A stretch of DNA of 64,000 nucleotides from the NCBI GenBank assembly GCA_963815895.1, contig CAWFIP010000001.1, positions 88,519-152,518 on the forward strand, given 5' to 3'. Positions 49,445-60,055 of the stretch are shown piece after piece (positions within the stretch are counted from its first letter, which is position 1; each line of letters starts with the position of its first letter). This DNA is from an uncultured Actinomycetes bacterium. GTDB lineage: Bacteria > Actinomycetota > Thermoleophilia > Gaiellales > Gaiellaceae. The notes under the pieces were generated by a model that did no database searches, had not been told where the DNA came from, and saw only the letters and a list, made by a program, of their open reading frames with translations. Made by a program: the position numbers and the translations under genes.

Positions 49445-50575
49445 CTACCGGAGCGCGCTCTTCAGGCGCCGGAAGAACCCTTCGTCCTCGTCGTCCGACG
49501 CATACGCGGTCTCGTCGGTCGCGCGATCGAACTCCTCGAGCAGGCCGCGCTGTTCGTCGTTGAGCCGCGACGGCACGGCAACGTCGAGCCGGACGTAGAG
49601 ATTGCCGCGACGCGAGCCGTGCAGCGAGGGCATCCCCTCTCCGTGAAGCACGAGGACCTGACCCGGTTGCGCGCCGGCCGGAACCCGCAGCTCGACCTCG
49701 CCCTCGAGACCTGGAACGTCGAGCGCGGTTCCGAGCGCGGCACCCGTCATCGTCACGCGCGCGGCCGTGTGCAGGTCGTCTCCGTCACGGAGAAGCTGCG
49801 CGTGGGGCCGCACCCGAACTGTGGCATACACGTCGCCTCGCTCGCCGCCCCGGAAAGCGGCGTGTCCCCGCCCGCGCATCCGAATCGTCTGGCCGTCGTG
49901 GATGCCGCGCGGGATCTCCACCTCGAGCTGCTGCCGCGAGACCGTCCGGCCGTCGCCGTCGCAGCTCCGGCAGGGAGCCTCGAGCACGTGACCGCGTCCA
50001 CCGCACTGCGGACAGGTCCGTTGGCTGACGAACTCGCCGAAGACGTTCCGCGAGATCCGTCGGAGCACTCCGCTTCCTCCGCACGTGCTGCAGGACGCCG
50101 TTCCCGTCCCGGGCTCCGAGCCCGCTCCGCCGCAGGTCTCGCACTGCGCCGCGACGTCGACGGATAGGGGAACCGTCACGCCCGTGAAGGCGTCCTCGAG
50201 CTCGATCTCGAGCGCGACCTGGATGTCTCCGCCGCGGGCCGGCCCGCGGTCGCGCACACCCGCACCGAAGAGGTCCTCGCCGAAGAACGCCGTGAAGACG
50301 TCGGCGATGTTCCCGAAGTCGGTGAAGGTCGGCTGGAACCCGCCGCGCCTCAGTCCCGCGTGGCCGAAGCGGTCGTAGGTCGCTCGGCGCTCCGGGTCAG
50401 ACAGGACCTCGAACGCTTCGGCGACCTCACGGAAGTCCTTGTCCGCCTCCGGGGCGCTCGAGACGTCCGGGTGCAGTTCGCGCGCGAGCTTTCGGAATGC
50501 CCGCTTGATATCGGCGTCGCCCGCGTCGCGGGGAACGCCGAGCACCTCGTAGTAGTCGCGCTCGCGCGTCGCCAT
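49445..50575 (-). CDS. dnaJ: Molecular chaperone DnaJ
   Basis: J-domain: DYYEVLGVPRDAGDADIKRAFRKLARELHPD. Four CxxCxGxG zinc motifs: CETCGGAG, CSTCGGSG, CPQCGGRG, CRSCDGDG. Confidence 0.93.
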   Translation of the reverse strand: MATRERDYYEVLGVPRDAGDADIKRAFRKLARELHPDVSSAPEADKDFREVAEAFEVLSDPERRATYDRFGHAGLRRGGFQPTFTDFGNIADVFTAFFGEDLFGAGVRDRGPARGGDIQVALEIELEDAFTGVTVPLSVDVAAQCETCGGAGSEPGTGTASCSTCGGSGVLRRISRNVFGEFVSQRTCPQCGGRGHVLEAPCRSCDGDGRTVSRQQLEVEIPRGIHDGQTIRMRGRGHAAFRGGERGDVYATVRVRPHAQLLRDGDDLHTAARVTMTGAALGTALDVPGLEGEVELRVPAGAQPGQVLVLHGEGMPSLHGSRRGNLYVRLDVAVPSRLNDEQRGLLEEFDRATDETAYASDDEDEGFFRRLKSALR

Positions 50576-50580
50576 CGGGG

Positions 50581-51609
50581 TCAGTCGTCCTCGTAGACGT
50601 CTTCGACGAAGCGGGAGAGCTCGAATGCGGCTGCCCGCACGGAGCGGATCGCCTTCTCGTAGTCCATGCGAATCGGGCCGATGAGCCCCACCGCGCCGAG
50701 CGCGCGGTGCTGGAGACCGTAGGTCGCGCCGACGAGCGACAGGTCGTGGAGCTGGCCGTCGTCGAGCTGCGGGCCGACGTGGACGACGGGGCGCAATGGC
50801 TCCAGGGCCTCGCTCACGAGAGCGAGCACGGCGGCACGGCGCTCGAGCAGCTCGAGCAGGCGAAGCGTCGCCTCGAGCTCTTCGGCCCGGGCCTCCTCGA
50901 GCAGCCCGGGCGCCCCGCCGACGAAGACCTGCGGGCCGTCCTCGGCACCCGCCTCGAGGATCGCGGAGCCGAGCAGCGAGAGGAACTCGCGCTCGCGTGG
51001 TGCCAGCTCCGGCGCCTGGAGTCGGCGCCGGGCACTGCTCGAGCCGATCCGGATTCCCGTCAGACGGTCGTTCAGGTACTCGCCCGCCCACGAGACGAGG
51101 CCGGGATCGACCGCGTGCTCGAGACGAAAGACGCGCTTCGTCACGCCGCCGGTGGAGGTGATCGCGACGACCATGACGCTCGTAGGCTGCAGCGCGAGCA
51201 CCTCGACGTGGCGGATCGTCGCCGTCCCGAGCGACGGCGCGGACACGAGCGCGAGGAGGCGTGTCCCCCGCGAGAGCATGTCGGTCGTCGCGCGCAGCGC
51301 GTCCTCGAGCTCGTCTCGCATCGCGCGCAGGTCGACACCGAGTGCATCCGGACGCCCTTCGAGCGACGCCACGAGCTCCTCGGTATACAACCGGTAGCCG
51401 CTGTCGGTGGGAAGGCGGCCAGCCGACGTGTGCGGATGCATGAGCAGCCCGAGCGTCTCGAGCTCCGCCAGCTCGCCCCGTACCGTGGACGACGAGACAT
51501 TCAGCCCGGACCGCTCCACGAGCACCCGCGAGCCGACGGGTTGCCCCGTCGCGACGTACTCCTCGACGACGTGCCGGAGGATCTCCCTCTTCCTCGGCGA
51601 GAGCTGCAT
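50581..51609 (-). CDS. hrcA: Heat-inducible transcription repressor HrcA
   Basis: ATG 51609: MQLSPRKREILRHVVEEYVATGQPVGSRVLVERSGLNVSSSTVRGELAELETLGLLMHPHTSAGRLPT. Confidence 0.92.
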   Translation of the reverse strand: MQLSPRKREILRHVVEEYVATGQPVGSRVLVERSGLNVSSSTVRGELAELETLGLLMHPHTSAGRLPTDSGYRLYTEELVASLEGRPDALGVDLRAMRDELEDALRATTDMLSRGTRLLALVSAPSLGTATIRHVEVLALQPTSVMVVAITSTGGVTKRVFRLEHAVDPGLVSWAGEYLNDRLTGIRIGSSSARRRLQAPELAPREREFLSLLGSAILEAGAEDGPQVFVGGAPGLLEEARAEELEATLRLLELLERRAAVLALVSEALEPLRPVVHVGPQLDDGQLHDLSLVGATYGLQHRALGAVGLIGPIRMDYEKAIRSVRAAAFELSRFVEDVYEDD

Positions 51610-51709
51610 CTCGGTCCGATGGTACCCGGGTGCCCAGCCGTTTCCAGGGCGCCGACCCCGCGCGGCGGGCGCCCACACGGTTCCCTTCGGGCCCCGCGGG
51701 CCGACGCGC

Positions 51710-52849
51710 TCAGTCGGCGCCGAGCGTCATGAGCTCCGCGCTCACGCCGCCCGCGAGAAACCGTCCGCGCCGCGTGAGCTGCATCTGGTCGCCGCTCCGG
51801 CTTCCGTTGGGGATGACCTCGACGAGCCCGCCTGCGACGAGCCGCTCGGCCGCCTCGTAGTCGAGTGCGTCCGCGACGTCTTCGAGAGCCAGCGGCTCGT
51901 CGAGCCGGAGGCCGAGCAGCAGGCGCTCGCGCGTGCGCGTCGCGTCGTCGATCGTCTCGAGCTCCGAGGGAGGCCTCGTGCCCGCTCCCGACGCCCGCAC
52001 GTACGCGGCCAGACCAGGCGCGTTGCGCCTGCGCACGCCGTCGACCGTGGAGACGGCGCCGATCCCGATCCCGAGGTAGTCGCGGCCGAGCCAGTAGCCG
52101 AGGTTGTGCCGGGCCCGCAGGTCGCGGCCGCCCGCCCGATCGGGCTCGACGCAGAAGTTCGCAGTCTCGTACCAGCGGTAGCCGGCACTCGTCAGCGTGT
52201 CGACGACGCACTCGTAGTAGCCCTCCATCGCCTCGGCCTGCCGCACGAGCTCGTCGCCGTGCGCGTAGGTGAACCGCGTCCCCGGCTTCGCCTCGAGCTC
52301 GTACCACGACATGTGCTCCGGCCCGAGAGTCAGCGCCTCCGCCAGGTCGCGCTCGAGGTCGGAGGTGCTCTGACCCGGGACGCCGTAGAGGAAGTCGAGG
52401 GAGACGTTGTCAAATCCGGCATCACGAAGAAGGTACACAGCTCGCCGGACGTCGTCGGGGCCGGCGCGGCGCTCGAGAACCGAGAGGACGTGGGGCTGGA
52501 GGCTCTGTGCACCGAGCGAGACGCGATTGACGCCGCCCCGCTGGAGGATCCGCGCCAGCTCCGCCGTCACGGTCTCGGGATTCGCCTCGACCGTGACCTC
52601 CTCCGCGGCAGGGAAGGCGTCGAGCATGTGCGCGAGCGCATCGCTCTCCGTGAAGGTCGGCGTCCCACCGCCGACGAAGACCGTCTCGAGGTGCTCGGAG
52701 AGGACGCCGCGCTCGAGATCGAGCTCCGCGAGCAGCGCCTCGACGTACGCGGCGTGCTCACCGCGGCGGCCGGTCACGGTGACGAAGTCGCAGTAGCCGC
52801 ACCGGTGCACGCAGAACGGCAGGTGCACGTAGAGATGCCGAACGCCCAT
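51710..52849 (-). CDS. hemW: Radical SAM family heme chaperone HemW
   Basis: LYVHLPFCVHRCGYCDF (CxxxCxxC), VFVGGGTPT, NRVSLGAQS. ATG 52849 shares one nt with the lepA stop. Confidence 0.9.
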   Translation of the reverse strand: MGVRHLYVHLPFCVHRCGYCDFVTVTGRRGEHAAYVEALLAELDLERGVLSEHLETVFVGGGTPTFTESDALAHMLDAFPAAEEVTVEANPETVTAELARILQRGGVNRVSLGAQSLQPHVLSVLERRAGPDDVRRAVYLLRDAGFDNVSLDFLYGVPGQSTSDLERDLAEALTLGPEHMSWYELEAKPGTRFTYAHGDELVRQAEAMEGYYECVVDTLTSAGYRWYETANFCVEPDRAGGRDLRARHNLGYWLGRDYLGIGIGAVSTVDGVRRRNAPGLAAYVRASGAGTRPPSELETIDDATRTRERLLLGLRLDEPLALEDVADALDYEAAERLVAGGLVEVIPNGSRSGDQMQLTRRGRFLAGGVSAELMTLGAD

Positions 52850-54639
52850 CAGCGCTTCTTGTCGTCCCCGAGGTTGAGGACGGCGAGGAAGGCCTCCTGC
52901 GGAACCTCGACCCCGCCGACCTGCTTCATCCGCTTCTTGCCCTTCTTCTGCTTCTCGAGCAGCTTCCGCTTGCGCGTGATGTCGCCGCCGTAGCACTTCG
53001 CAAGCACGTCCTTCCGGCGTGCCTTGATCGTCTCGCGCGCGATCACCCTGGAGCCGATCGCGGCCTGCACCGGCACGTCGAACATCTGTCGCGGGATCTC
53101 CTTACGCAGACGTTCGACGAGCTGACGTCCGCGTTCGTACGCCTCGTCGCGATGGACGATGAGCGAAAGCGCGTCGACCTGCTCCCCGCCGACGAGGATG
53201 TCCACGCGCGACAGGTTGCCGGGCTGAAAGCCCGCGACGTCGTAGTCGAAGCTCGCGTACCCCCGCGTGCGTGACTTCAGCTGGTCGTAGAAGTCGAGCA
53301 CGATCTCGCCGAGCGGCAGCTCGTAGGAGAGAAGAACGCGGCCTTCGCTCAGGTACTCCATGTGGTCGAAGCGACCGCGGCGCTCGGTCGCGAGCTCCAT
53401 GACGGGCCCGACGAAGTCCTTCGGAACGATGACCGACGCACGGATGTACGGCTCCTCGACGAGCTCGACCTCGCTCGGCATCTCGGCCGGGTTGTGCACC
53501 TCGACTACCTCGCCGGTGCGCTTCGTCGCGCGGTACGCGACGGTCGGCGCGGTGATGAGCAGGTCGAGGTCGAACTCCCGCTCGAGACGCTCACGGACGA
53601 TCTCCATGTGGAGGAGCCCGAGGAAGCCGCAGCGGAAGCCGAATCCAAGCGCCTGCGACGTCTCCGGCTCGTAGAAGAGCGACCCGTCGTTGAGCTTGAG
53701 CCGCTCGAGGGCATCGCGGAGCTCCGGGTACTCGTCGGAGTCAGTCGGGAAGATGCCGGCGAAGACCATCGGCTTCACGTCCTGGTAGCCGGGAAGCGGC
53801 TCGGCTGCAGGACGGCGCCGCGAGGTGAGGGTGTCCCCGACACGAAGCCGTGACACGTCCTTGAGGCCGGTCACGACGTAGCCGACCTCGCCGGCGGTAA
53901 GCGAGTCGACCGGGACTCGGGCAGGCGACATCACGCCGAGCTCCTCGGCCTCGAACTCGGTTCCCTGCGCCATCGCGCGAAGCGGCTCGCCGGGCTCGAA
54001 ACTGCCGTCGACCACACGGACGAACGCGAGGACGCCCCGGTACTGGTCGTACGACGAGTCGAAGATGAGCGCACGGGCGGGCGCGTCGGGCTCGCCGGCC
54101 GGCGCCGGAATCCGCTCGACGATGGCGTCGAGAACCGCTTCGACTCCGAGCCCGGTCTTCGCCGAGATCCTGAGGACGTGCTCGGGAACGTCGCCGAGCA
54201 GCTGAGCGAGCTCCGCCGCGGCGCCGTCGGCATCTGCCTGCGGGAGGTCGATCTTGTTCGCGACGGGGACGATCTCGAGCTCGTTGTCGAGCGCGAGATA
54301 CGCGTTGGCGAGCGTCTGCGCCTCGATGCCCTGCGCGGCGTCGACGAGGAGGAGCGCGCCCTCGCACGCCTGGAGCGAGCGCGAGACCTCGTACGTGAAG
54401 TCGACGTGGCCAGGCGTGTCGATGAGGTTCAGCTCGTGGCCCTTCCAGAGCACACGCACCGCCTGCGCCTTGATCGTGATGCCGCGCTCCCGCTCGAGCT
54501 CCATCGAGTCGAGGATCTGCTCGCGCATCTCGCGCTGCGGGACGGCGTCGGTCAGCTCGAGGACGCGATCCGCGAGCGTCGACTTGCCATGGTCGATGTG
54601 CGCGATGATCGCGAAGTTGCGGATCCGTTCCTGCTTCAT
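52849..54639 (-). CDS. lepA: Elongation factor 4 (LepA)
   Basis: [35 protein letters not shown]-terminal [23 protein letters not shown]. Confidence 0.95.
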   Translation of the reverse strand: MKQERIRNFAIIAHIDHGKSTLADRVLELTDAVPQREMREQILDSMELERERGITIKAQAVRVLWKGHELNLIDTPGHVDFTYEVSRSLQACEGALLLVDAAQGIEAQTLANAYLALDNELEIVPVANKIDLPQADADGAAAELAQLLGDVPEHVLRISAKTGLGVEAVLDAIVERIPAPAGEPDAPARALIFDSSYDQYRGVLAFVRVVDGSFEPGEPLRAMAQGTEFEAEELGVMSPARVPVDSLTAGEVGYVVTGLKDVSRLRVGDTLTSRRRPAAEPLPGYQDVKPMVFAGIFPTDSDEYPELRDALERLKLNDGSLFYEPETSQALGFGFRCGFLGLLHMEIVRERLEREFDLDLLITAPTVAYRATKRTGEVVEVHNPAEMPSEVELVEEPYIRASVIVPKDFVGPVMELATERRGRFDHMEYLSEGRVLLSYELPLGEIVLDFYDQLKSRTRGYASFDYDVAGFQPGNLSRVDILVGGEQVDALSLIVHRDEAYERGRQLVERLRKEIPRQMFDVPVQAAIGSRVIARETIKARRKDVLAKCYGGDITRKRKLLEKQKKGKKRMKQVGGVEVPQEAFLAVLNLGDDKKR

Positions 54640-54654
54640 GAAAGTGGGACGGCG

Positions 54655-56274
54655 CTACTCGACAGGCTCGTCGCGCCGGGCACGCAACAGTAGCAACGTG
54701 TTCAGCTCGCGAACCCCGAGCGCCCGAGACGCGCCGACGTAGGCCAGCGTCGCGGCGGCGAGGCCGCCGGAGACCGAGATCAGCTGCCCGAAGAACTCGG
54801 TGCCGAGCGCCTTGTCGAGCCCGTACCAGACGCCGAGCGCAGCGAGCGCGGCGGCGGTCGAGGCGACCGTGATGCGGAGGACGACGCCACCGGTCCGAAG
54901 GACGCGCTCGAGCCCGAGACGGCGGCGCATCATCACGAAGAGCGTCGAGGCGGCGAGGATGTTCACGGATGCGGTCGCGAGCGGGATACCCCAGATTCCG
55001 AGCCGGTAGAAGACGGCGTCGAGAGCGGCATTGAGCGCGAGCGCGCCCACGGCCACAGCGGTCGGGATCCAGTTCGACTGCACCGCGTAGAAGCTCCGGT
55101 TGAGGATCAGCATCCAGCCGTTGAAGGCGAGCCCGATGGAGAACGCCTGGAGGCACTGGGCGACGATCGTCGTATCCTCGGCCGTGAACTCGCCGCGCTC
55201 GTAGACGAGTCGGACGATCGGCTCCGCGAGCGCGATCGTGACGAGGGCCGCCGGGACGAGGAGGAACGCGATCTGGCGGATCCCACCGTCGAGCGCACGC
55301 CGGAGCCCCGCGTCGTCCCGCCGCGCCGCGAGGCGCGCGAGCGTCGGGAACATCACGGTGGTCACGGCAACCGAGAAGATCCCCTGCGGGAGCATGTAGA
55401 GGCGGAACGCCTTGTCGATCGCAGCCGGCGCGAGCTCTGGATCGAGCAGGCGCGACGCGAAGAGCGTGTCGACGACGAAATTGACGTTGATCAGCCCGAT
55501 GGTCAGCGTCACCGGGAGCATCAGGACGAGCACGCGCCGCACGGCCGGATCGCGCCAATCGAGCACCATCGTCAGGCGGCCGTCGAGACGGCGGAGCCAC
55601 GGAAATGGAAGCAGCAACTGCACGAGCGTCCCGAGAACGACCACGCCGGCATAGAGGTAGAGCTGTGCGTTCTCGTCGTCGATCCGTGGCACGCCGAGGA
55701 CGAGGCCGAGGACGATGACGAGGTTCCATGCGACCGGCGTGAGCGCCGGGACTGCGAACTGGTGATACGTGTTGAGGATCCCGACCACGATCCCCGACAG
55801 CCCGAGCAGCACGACGATCGGGAAGAGCACGCGCGACAGTCCGACGGCGAGGTCGAAGTCGCCGCCCGGGTCCCCGAAGGGCCGCATGAGCAGCGGCGCC
55901 AACAGAATGAAGAGCGCCGTGACGCCGCCGAGGACGAGCATCGTCAGCCAGAAGAGCGTGGACGCGACGCGCCAGGCGCGCTGCTTCTCGCCCTTCTCCA
56001 GCAGCTCACTGAAGACGGGGACGAAGGCGCCGGTGAGCGCCGCATCCGCGACCAGCGCACGGACGAGGTTCGGGATCTGGATCGCGACCGTGAAGGCGTT
56101 GATCTTCCCGCTGATCCCGAAGTAGTACGCGACGACGATCTCCCGCAAGAGGCCGAGCCCCCGCGAGATCGCGGTAGCGACCGAGAAGATCGCGGTCGAC
56201 CGCGCGAGCCGGTGGCGGTGGTCCAGCTCCTCGACCGCGGGCAACGTGTCCGGGATCTCGGACGGGCTCGTCAC
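54655..56274 (-). CDS. murJ: Lipid II flippase MurJ (MviN family)
   Basis: 14-TM-type protein. Sequences: SRGLGLLREIVVAYYFG, FTVAIQIPNLVRALVADAALTGAFVPVF. Confidence 0.88.
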   Translation of the reverse strand: MTSPSEIPDTLPAVEELDHRHRLARSTAIFSVATAISRGLGLLREIVVAYYFGISGKINAFTVAIQIPNLVRALVADAALTGAFVPVFSELLEKGEKQRAWRVASTLFWLTMLVLGGVTALFILLAPLLMRPFGDPGGDFDLAVGLSRVLFPIVVLLGLSGIVVGILNTYHQFAVPALTPVAWNLVIVLGLVLGVPRIDDENAQLYLYAGVVVLGTLVQLLLPFPWLRRLDGRLTMVLDWRDPAVRRVLVLMLPVTLTIGLINVNFVVDTLFASRLLDPELAPAAIDKAFRLYMLPQGIFSVAVTTVMFPTLARLAARRDDAGLRRALDGGIRQIAFLLVPAALVTIALAEPIVRLVYERGEFTAEDTTIVAQCLQAFSIGLAFNGWMLILNRSFYAVQSNWIPTAVAVGALALNAALDAVFYRLGIWGIPLATASVNILAASTLFVMMRRRLGLERVLRTGGVVLRITVASTAAALAALGVWYGLDKALGTEFFGQLISVSGGLAAATLAYVGASRALGVRELNTLLLLRARRDEPVE

Positions 56275-56368
56275 GCCGCGGATTGTCCCAGCGGGTCCTG
56301 CTGGGGAGCCCGCGCCGGCGACTTGCTACCATCGCGCGGGCCCGCACGCAAGCGGGCGTTCTCTCGAT

Positions 56369-56638
56369 ATGGCGAACATCAAGCAGCAGAAGAAGCGCGT
56401 ACGGATCCAGGAGCGCCAGCATGGCGAGAACCTGTGGTACCGGTCGACGATCAAGACGCTCACGAAGCGCCTCGAGTCAGCCGTCGCCGAGGGTGACGCG
56501 GAGCTGGTCGCTACCGAGCACCGTACGCTCGTGCGAACGATCGACCGGGCGACCAGCCGTGGCGCGCTGCACGCGAATACCGCGGCGCGCAAGAAGTCGC
56601 AGGCGGCGAAGATCGTCACCGGGCAAGCGGCCACCTAG
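56369..56638 (+). CDS. rpsT: 30S ribosomal protein S20
   Basis: MANIKQQKKRVRIQERQHGENLWYRSTIKTLTKR...HANTAARKKSQAAK. Confidence 0.93.
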   Translation: MANIKQQKKRVRIQERQHGENLWYRSTIKTLTKRLESAVAEGDAELVATEHRTLVRTIDRATSRGALHANTAARKKSQAAKIVTGQAAT

Positions 56639-56683
56639 CCGGCGGAACCTCTGAGCGACGCGAGGCGGGCGGAGACCCGTCTC

Positions 56684-57703
56684 CTATGCGTGTCGCGAGG
56701 AGCCCCCGTTTCGTGTGAGGTCGACGAGCGCGCGCTGCACCTCGAGGTCGGGCGCGAGCTTGCTCCCGCCCTTCAGCGCGCCGTCGAGCTCAGAGAGCCT
56801 TACGACGGCGTCGCGTAGCTCGTCGTTCGAGAAGCCCTCGGCCTGGGCGAAGACCTTCTCGGCGTAGTACGGGTGCATGCGGAGCCTGCCCGCAGCATCT
56901 CGTGCACGAACGCCCTCCGCCGCGAGCCGTTTGATCGAGCGGAGCTTCCCGAAGTGACTGCCGAGGGTCGCCGCGAGGCGGCTCGCCGTGTCGCGGCGGG
57001 GCTTTGCGCTTCGCTCGAAGATCGTCTCGCTCGCCGCGAGGGCACGCCCCGTGTTGTGCGCCCCCCACGCGTCCGTCAACGCGAACGTCGGCTCGCCGGC
57101 GGCCGGCGATGCGAGTGCCTCGACCTCGCGCTCGCCGATCGGCTCCCCGTCGGCCCAGACCGCGAGCTTGTCGACCTCGAGCGCGAGCGCATGCAGGTCG
57201 TCTCCGACGAGCTGGATCAGCATTGTGATCGCCTCGGGCTCCGCCTGAACGTCCCGCTGCCTGAACTGCTCCGCGACCCAGCCCTGGAGCTTGTTCTTCG
57301 CGACGCTGTATTCGAGGATCTCGCCCGCTTTCGCGCACGCCTTCGCCAACGGGGTGGACTTCTTCACCTCTTCACCGACGAGGCAGAGGACCGTGGCAGG
57401 AGCAGGGCTGGCGAGGTAGGCGGCGACCGTCGAGACGTCGGCGGCCTTCCAGCCGCCCTTCAGACGGCCGTCCGAGTCGCGGCGCCCGTCGACGTTCTCC
57501 ACGACGACCAGGCGTGCATCGCCGAAGAGGCTTCCCGCGTTGCACAGGGCGACGGCCGCGTGGCCTGGCGTGTCGGGAGCGCTCACGATCTCGGCGGCTT
57601 CGCCCGGAAATCGCCCGCGGAGGCGCGCAAGCGCAGTCTCGATCTTCGGCCGGTCGCTTCCCGTGAGGAGGTAGACGGGCTTCAGCTCGCGTTCCGACGC
57701 CAC
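56684..57703 (-). CDS. holA: DNA polymerase III subunit delta
   Basis: 339 aa. Sequence: KPVYLLTGSDRPKIETALARLR...SLFGDARLVVV. It holds the conserved position after comEC and convergent with rpsT. Confidence 0.8.
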   Translation of the reverse strand: MASERELKPVYLLTGSDRPKIETALARLRGRFPGEAAEIVSAPDTPGHAAVALCNAGSLFGDARLVVVENVDGRRDSDGRLKGGWKAADVSTVAAYLASPAPATVLCLVGEEVKKSTPLAKACAKAGEILEYSVAKNKLQGWVAEQFRQRDVQAEPEAITMLIQLVGDDLHALALEVDKLAVWADGEPIGEREVEALASPAAGEPTFALTDAWGAHNTGRALAASETIFERSAKPRRDTASRLAATLGSHFGKLRSIKRLAAEGVRARDAAGRLRMHPYYAEKVFAQAEGFSNDELRDAVVRLSELDGALKGGSKLAPDLEVQRALVDLTRNGGSSRHA

Positions 57704-57712
57704 TCGGCAACT

Positions 57713-60055
57713 CTAGCCTCCGGTCCGCACGCGAAGCCCGACGCCGTCGGACTCCACGACGACGCGCCCGTCTCGGTCCGTCCGGTAGACCGCGAGCCCG
57801 GGCACGGTGGCGAGCGCGGCGAGAGTCTCCGGCCGCGGATGTCCGTACTCGTTGTTCCTCCCCGCCGAGATCACGGCGATCTGCGGCCTCAACGTCCGGA
57901 GCTCGTCCTCGAGGCCCGGATCCGCAGAGCCATGGTGGGCGACCTTGAGGATCTCGACCGCGCGGAGCGGGAGACGAGCGGTCACCTCCGACTCCGCGTC
58001 TGCGGGAAGGAACACGTCGAGCTCGCCGTACGACGCAACGATCACGGCCGCGTTGAGGTTCGGATTCTCCGAAGCAAGACCGGGGTCGTCCGGCGAGAGC
58101 ACCCGGAGCACGAGCCCTCCCGCCTTGAACACCGAGCCGGCGCGGATCCGCCGAACAGGGATGCCTCGCTCTCGAGCGGCAGCCACGGCCTCGTCGTGCT
58201 CGGGACCGGTGGCCGCGAGCTCTGGATCGAGCACGGTTCCGACGCGAAGCCGCCGAAGGACGCTCTCCGCTCCACCGACGTGGTCGCGCTCCGGGTGTGT
58301 GAGGACGACCGCGGACAGCGACCGCACGCCGAGACGGGAGAGCTGGCCTGCGACATCGGCTTCCGGTGGCCCTTCGTCCACGAGTACCCGCGCCGATGCG
58401 GTCTCGAGCAGGACCGCGTCTCCCTGTCCGACGTCCAGGAAGGTCGCACGGAAGCCCGACGGCGGGTGCCAGGCGGGTGGCGCGCGAAACGACCACGCGA
58501 CCGCAGCGCCGAGGGCGACGCAGGCGACGCCGAGAAGCGGAACCGCGCCACCACCGCCGGAAAGCCGACGCCAGCGGAGATGCTCAGGGCTCTGCCGGAG
58601 CACGACCACGCCGGCGACCGCCGAGCCGAGCAACACCAGCGCCGCCCTCGGCCCGATCTGGGCACCGGGGAGCGCGGCGGTGACACGCGCGACGAGCTCG
58701 ATCCAGGCGGCCGCCCAGCCGGCGAGCCAGGCGAGTGCGGTAGCAGCCGCCGGTGAGACCGGGTCGGCAGCAGCTGCGATGAGCCCGAGCCCGAGCACGA
58801 GCGGAGGCGCGGGCGCCGCGAGCGCGTTCGCGGGAACCGTGTAGAGCGGCGCCGCGCCGAACTGCAGGAGGACGATCGGCGCGGTGACGAGGCCGCACAC
58901 GAGCGCGATGCCGAGCGCCTCGGCGACGCCGCGCGGGATCGGGTATCCGTCGGAGAGAGCGCGGACGCGGGGAAGCGCGAGGAAGATCCCGGCGACGGCG
59001 GCGAACGAGAGCTGGAAGCCGGGCTCGAAGAGGGTTGCCGGAGTCCAGGCGAGGAGGATCAACGCGCCCACCGCGAGGAAGTGCCAGCGGTCGCTCGGCC
59101 GTGCGAGGAGCCACGCGAGCGACACGAGCGCGCCCGCGACGCCGGCGCGCACGACGGACGCCTGCCAACCGACGGCGAGGACGTAGAACGCGATCGCAGC
59201 GAGGATGACGAGCTCGCGCCAGACACGCGGCAGCCGCACGAGCCAGGCCAGCCCGTAGATCCCGCCGGCGATGAACGCGATGTTCTGCCCGGAGACGGCG
59301 AGCAGGTGCGCGAGCCCCGAGGCTCGAAAGTCGTCGCGGACGCCTTCGGAGAGACCCTCGTCCTCACCGAGCACGACGCCGAGCACGAGCGCCCGGCGCA
59401 ACCCCGTCGTACCGCGTCCGACCGCGGTCTCGATGCGGTCGCGTAGCACGTCGCCGAGGCCAGCCATCCCGCCACGCGACCCGATCTGGTCCCAGGATCG
59501 CGCCCTCGCGACGACATGGATTCCCTGGCGCGCGAGCCATCCCCGCTCGTCGAAGCCGCCGTCATCGGGGGCGCGAGGCTCCGTGATGCGGACGCTCGCA
59601 TCCAGGATCGCGCCGCGTGGCGGCGACCTCCCGAGCGGCAGGACGAGCAGGACACGCTCGCGGAGGCGACGCCCATCGAAGGCAACGACCTCCGCAGGGA
59701 CGCGAACCGCCCATGACGTCTGCCGCGCACTGCCGACGACGACGAGCTCCGCGCGCGCCTGGTTACCGATCTCGGCCGACAGGGGGCTCCGTGCGAGCGC
59801 GTCGAGGCGAACCGTCCCCCAGAAGAGACCGAGGACGACGAGCGCCAGACAGAGCGCGACGAACCGACGGGCGCCGTCCCAGAAGCACATCGCGACGAGG
59901 GCGGAGACGAGAACGCAGGCGAGAAGCGGGCGCGCCGGCAGCCCGCTCGCGGACATCAGAGGAACGTCGGCGTGCACCCAGTTCGACCCCGCGAGGCCCG
60001 CACATGCGGATCCCGCGAGGAGCGCCGGCCAGTGCAGCTCGACGACTCGCCTCAC
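57713..60055 (-). CDS. comEC: DNA internalization competence protein ComEC/Rec2 (competence domain + metallo-beta-lactamase domain)
   Basis: GLAHLLAVSGQNI, polytopic core, FLDVGQGDAVLL, VLTHPERDHVGG, HHGS. GTG 60055 overlaps the comEA stop (GTGA). Confidence 0.88.
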   Translation of the reverse strand: MRRVVELHWPALLAGSACAGLAGSNWVHADVPLMSASGLPARPLLACVLVSALVAMCFWDGARRFVALCLALVVLGLFWGTVRLDALARSPLSAEIGNQARAELVVVGSARQTSWAVRVPAEVVAFDGRRLRERVLLVLPLGRSPPRGAILDASVRITEPRAPDDGGFDERGWLARQGIHVVARARSWDQIGSRGGMAGLGDVLRDRIETAVGRGTTGLRRALVLGVVLGEDEGLSEGVRDDFRASGLAHLLAVSGQNIAFIAGGIYGLAWLVRLPRVWRELVILAAIAFYVLAVGWQASVVRAGVAGALVSLAWLLARPSDRWHFLAVGALILLAWTPATLFEPGFQLSFAAVAGIFLALPRVRALSDGYPIPRGVAEALGIALVCGLVTAPIVLLQFGAAPLYTVPANALAAPAPPLVLGLGLIAAAADPVSPAAATALAWLAGWAAAWIELVARVTAALPGAQIGPRAALVLLGSAVAGVVVLRQSPEHLRWRRLSGGGGAVPLLGVACVALGAAVAWSFRAPPAWHPPSGFRATFLDVGQGDAVLLETASARVLVDEGPPEADVAGQLSRLGVRSLSAVVLTHPERDHVGGAESVLRRLRVGTVLDPELAATGPEHDEAVAAARERGIPVRRIRAGSVFKAGGLVLRVLSPDDPGLASENPNLNAAVIVASYGELDVFLPADAESEVTARLPLRAVEILKVAHHGSADPGLEDELRTLRPQIAVISAGRNNEYGHPRPETLAALATVPGLAVYRTDRDGRVVVESDGVGLRVRTGG

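Noticed and set aside
51610-51709. An expected CIRCE element (TTAGCACTC-N9-GAGTGCTAA) upstream of hrcA-dnaJ
   Set aside because: I read the 100-nt hemW-hrcA spacer on both strands and found no CIRCE-like inverted repeat. Absence here is not remarkable, since CIRCE usually sits at groES/groEL, so it is not reported as a finding.
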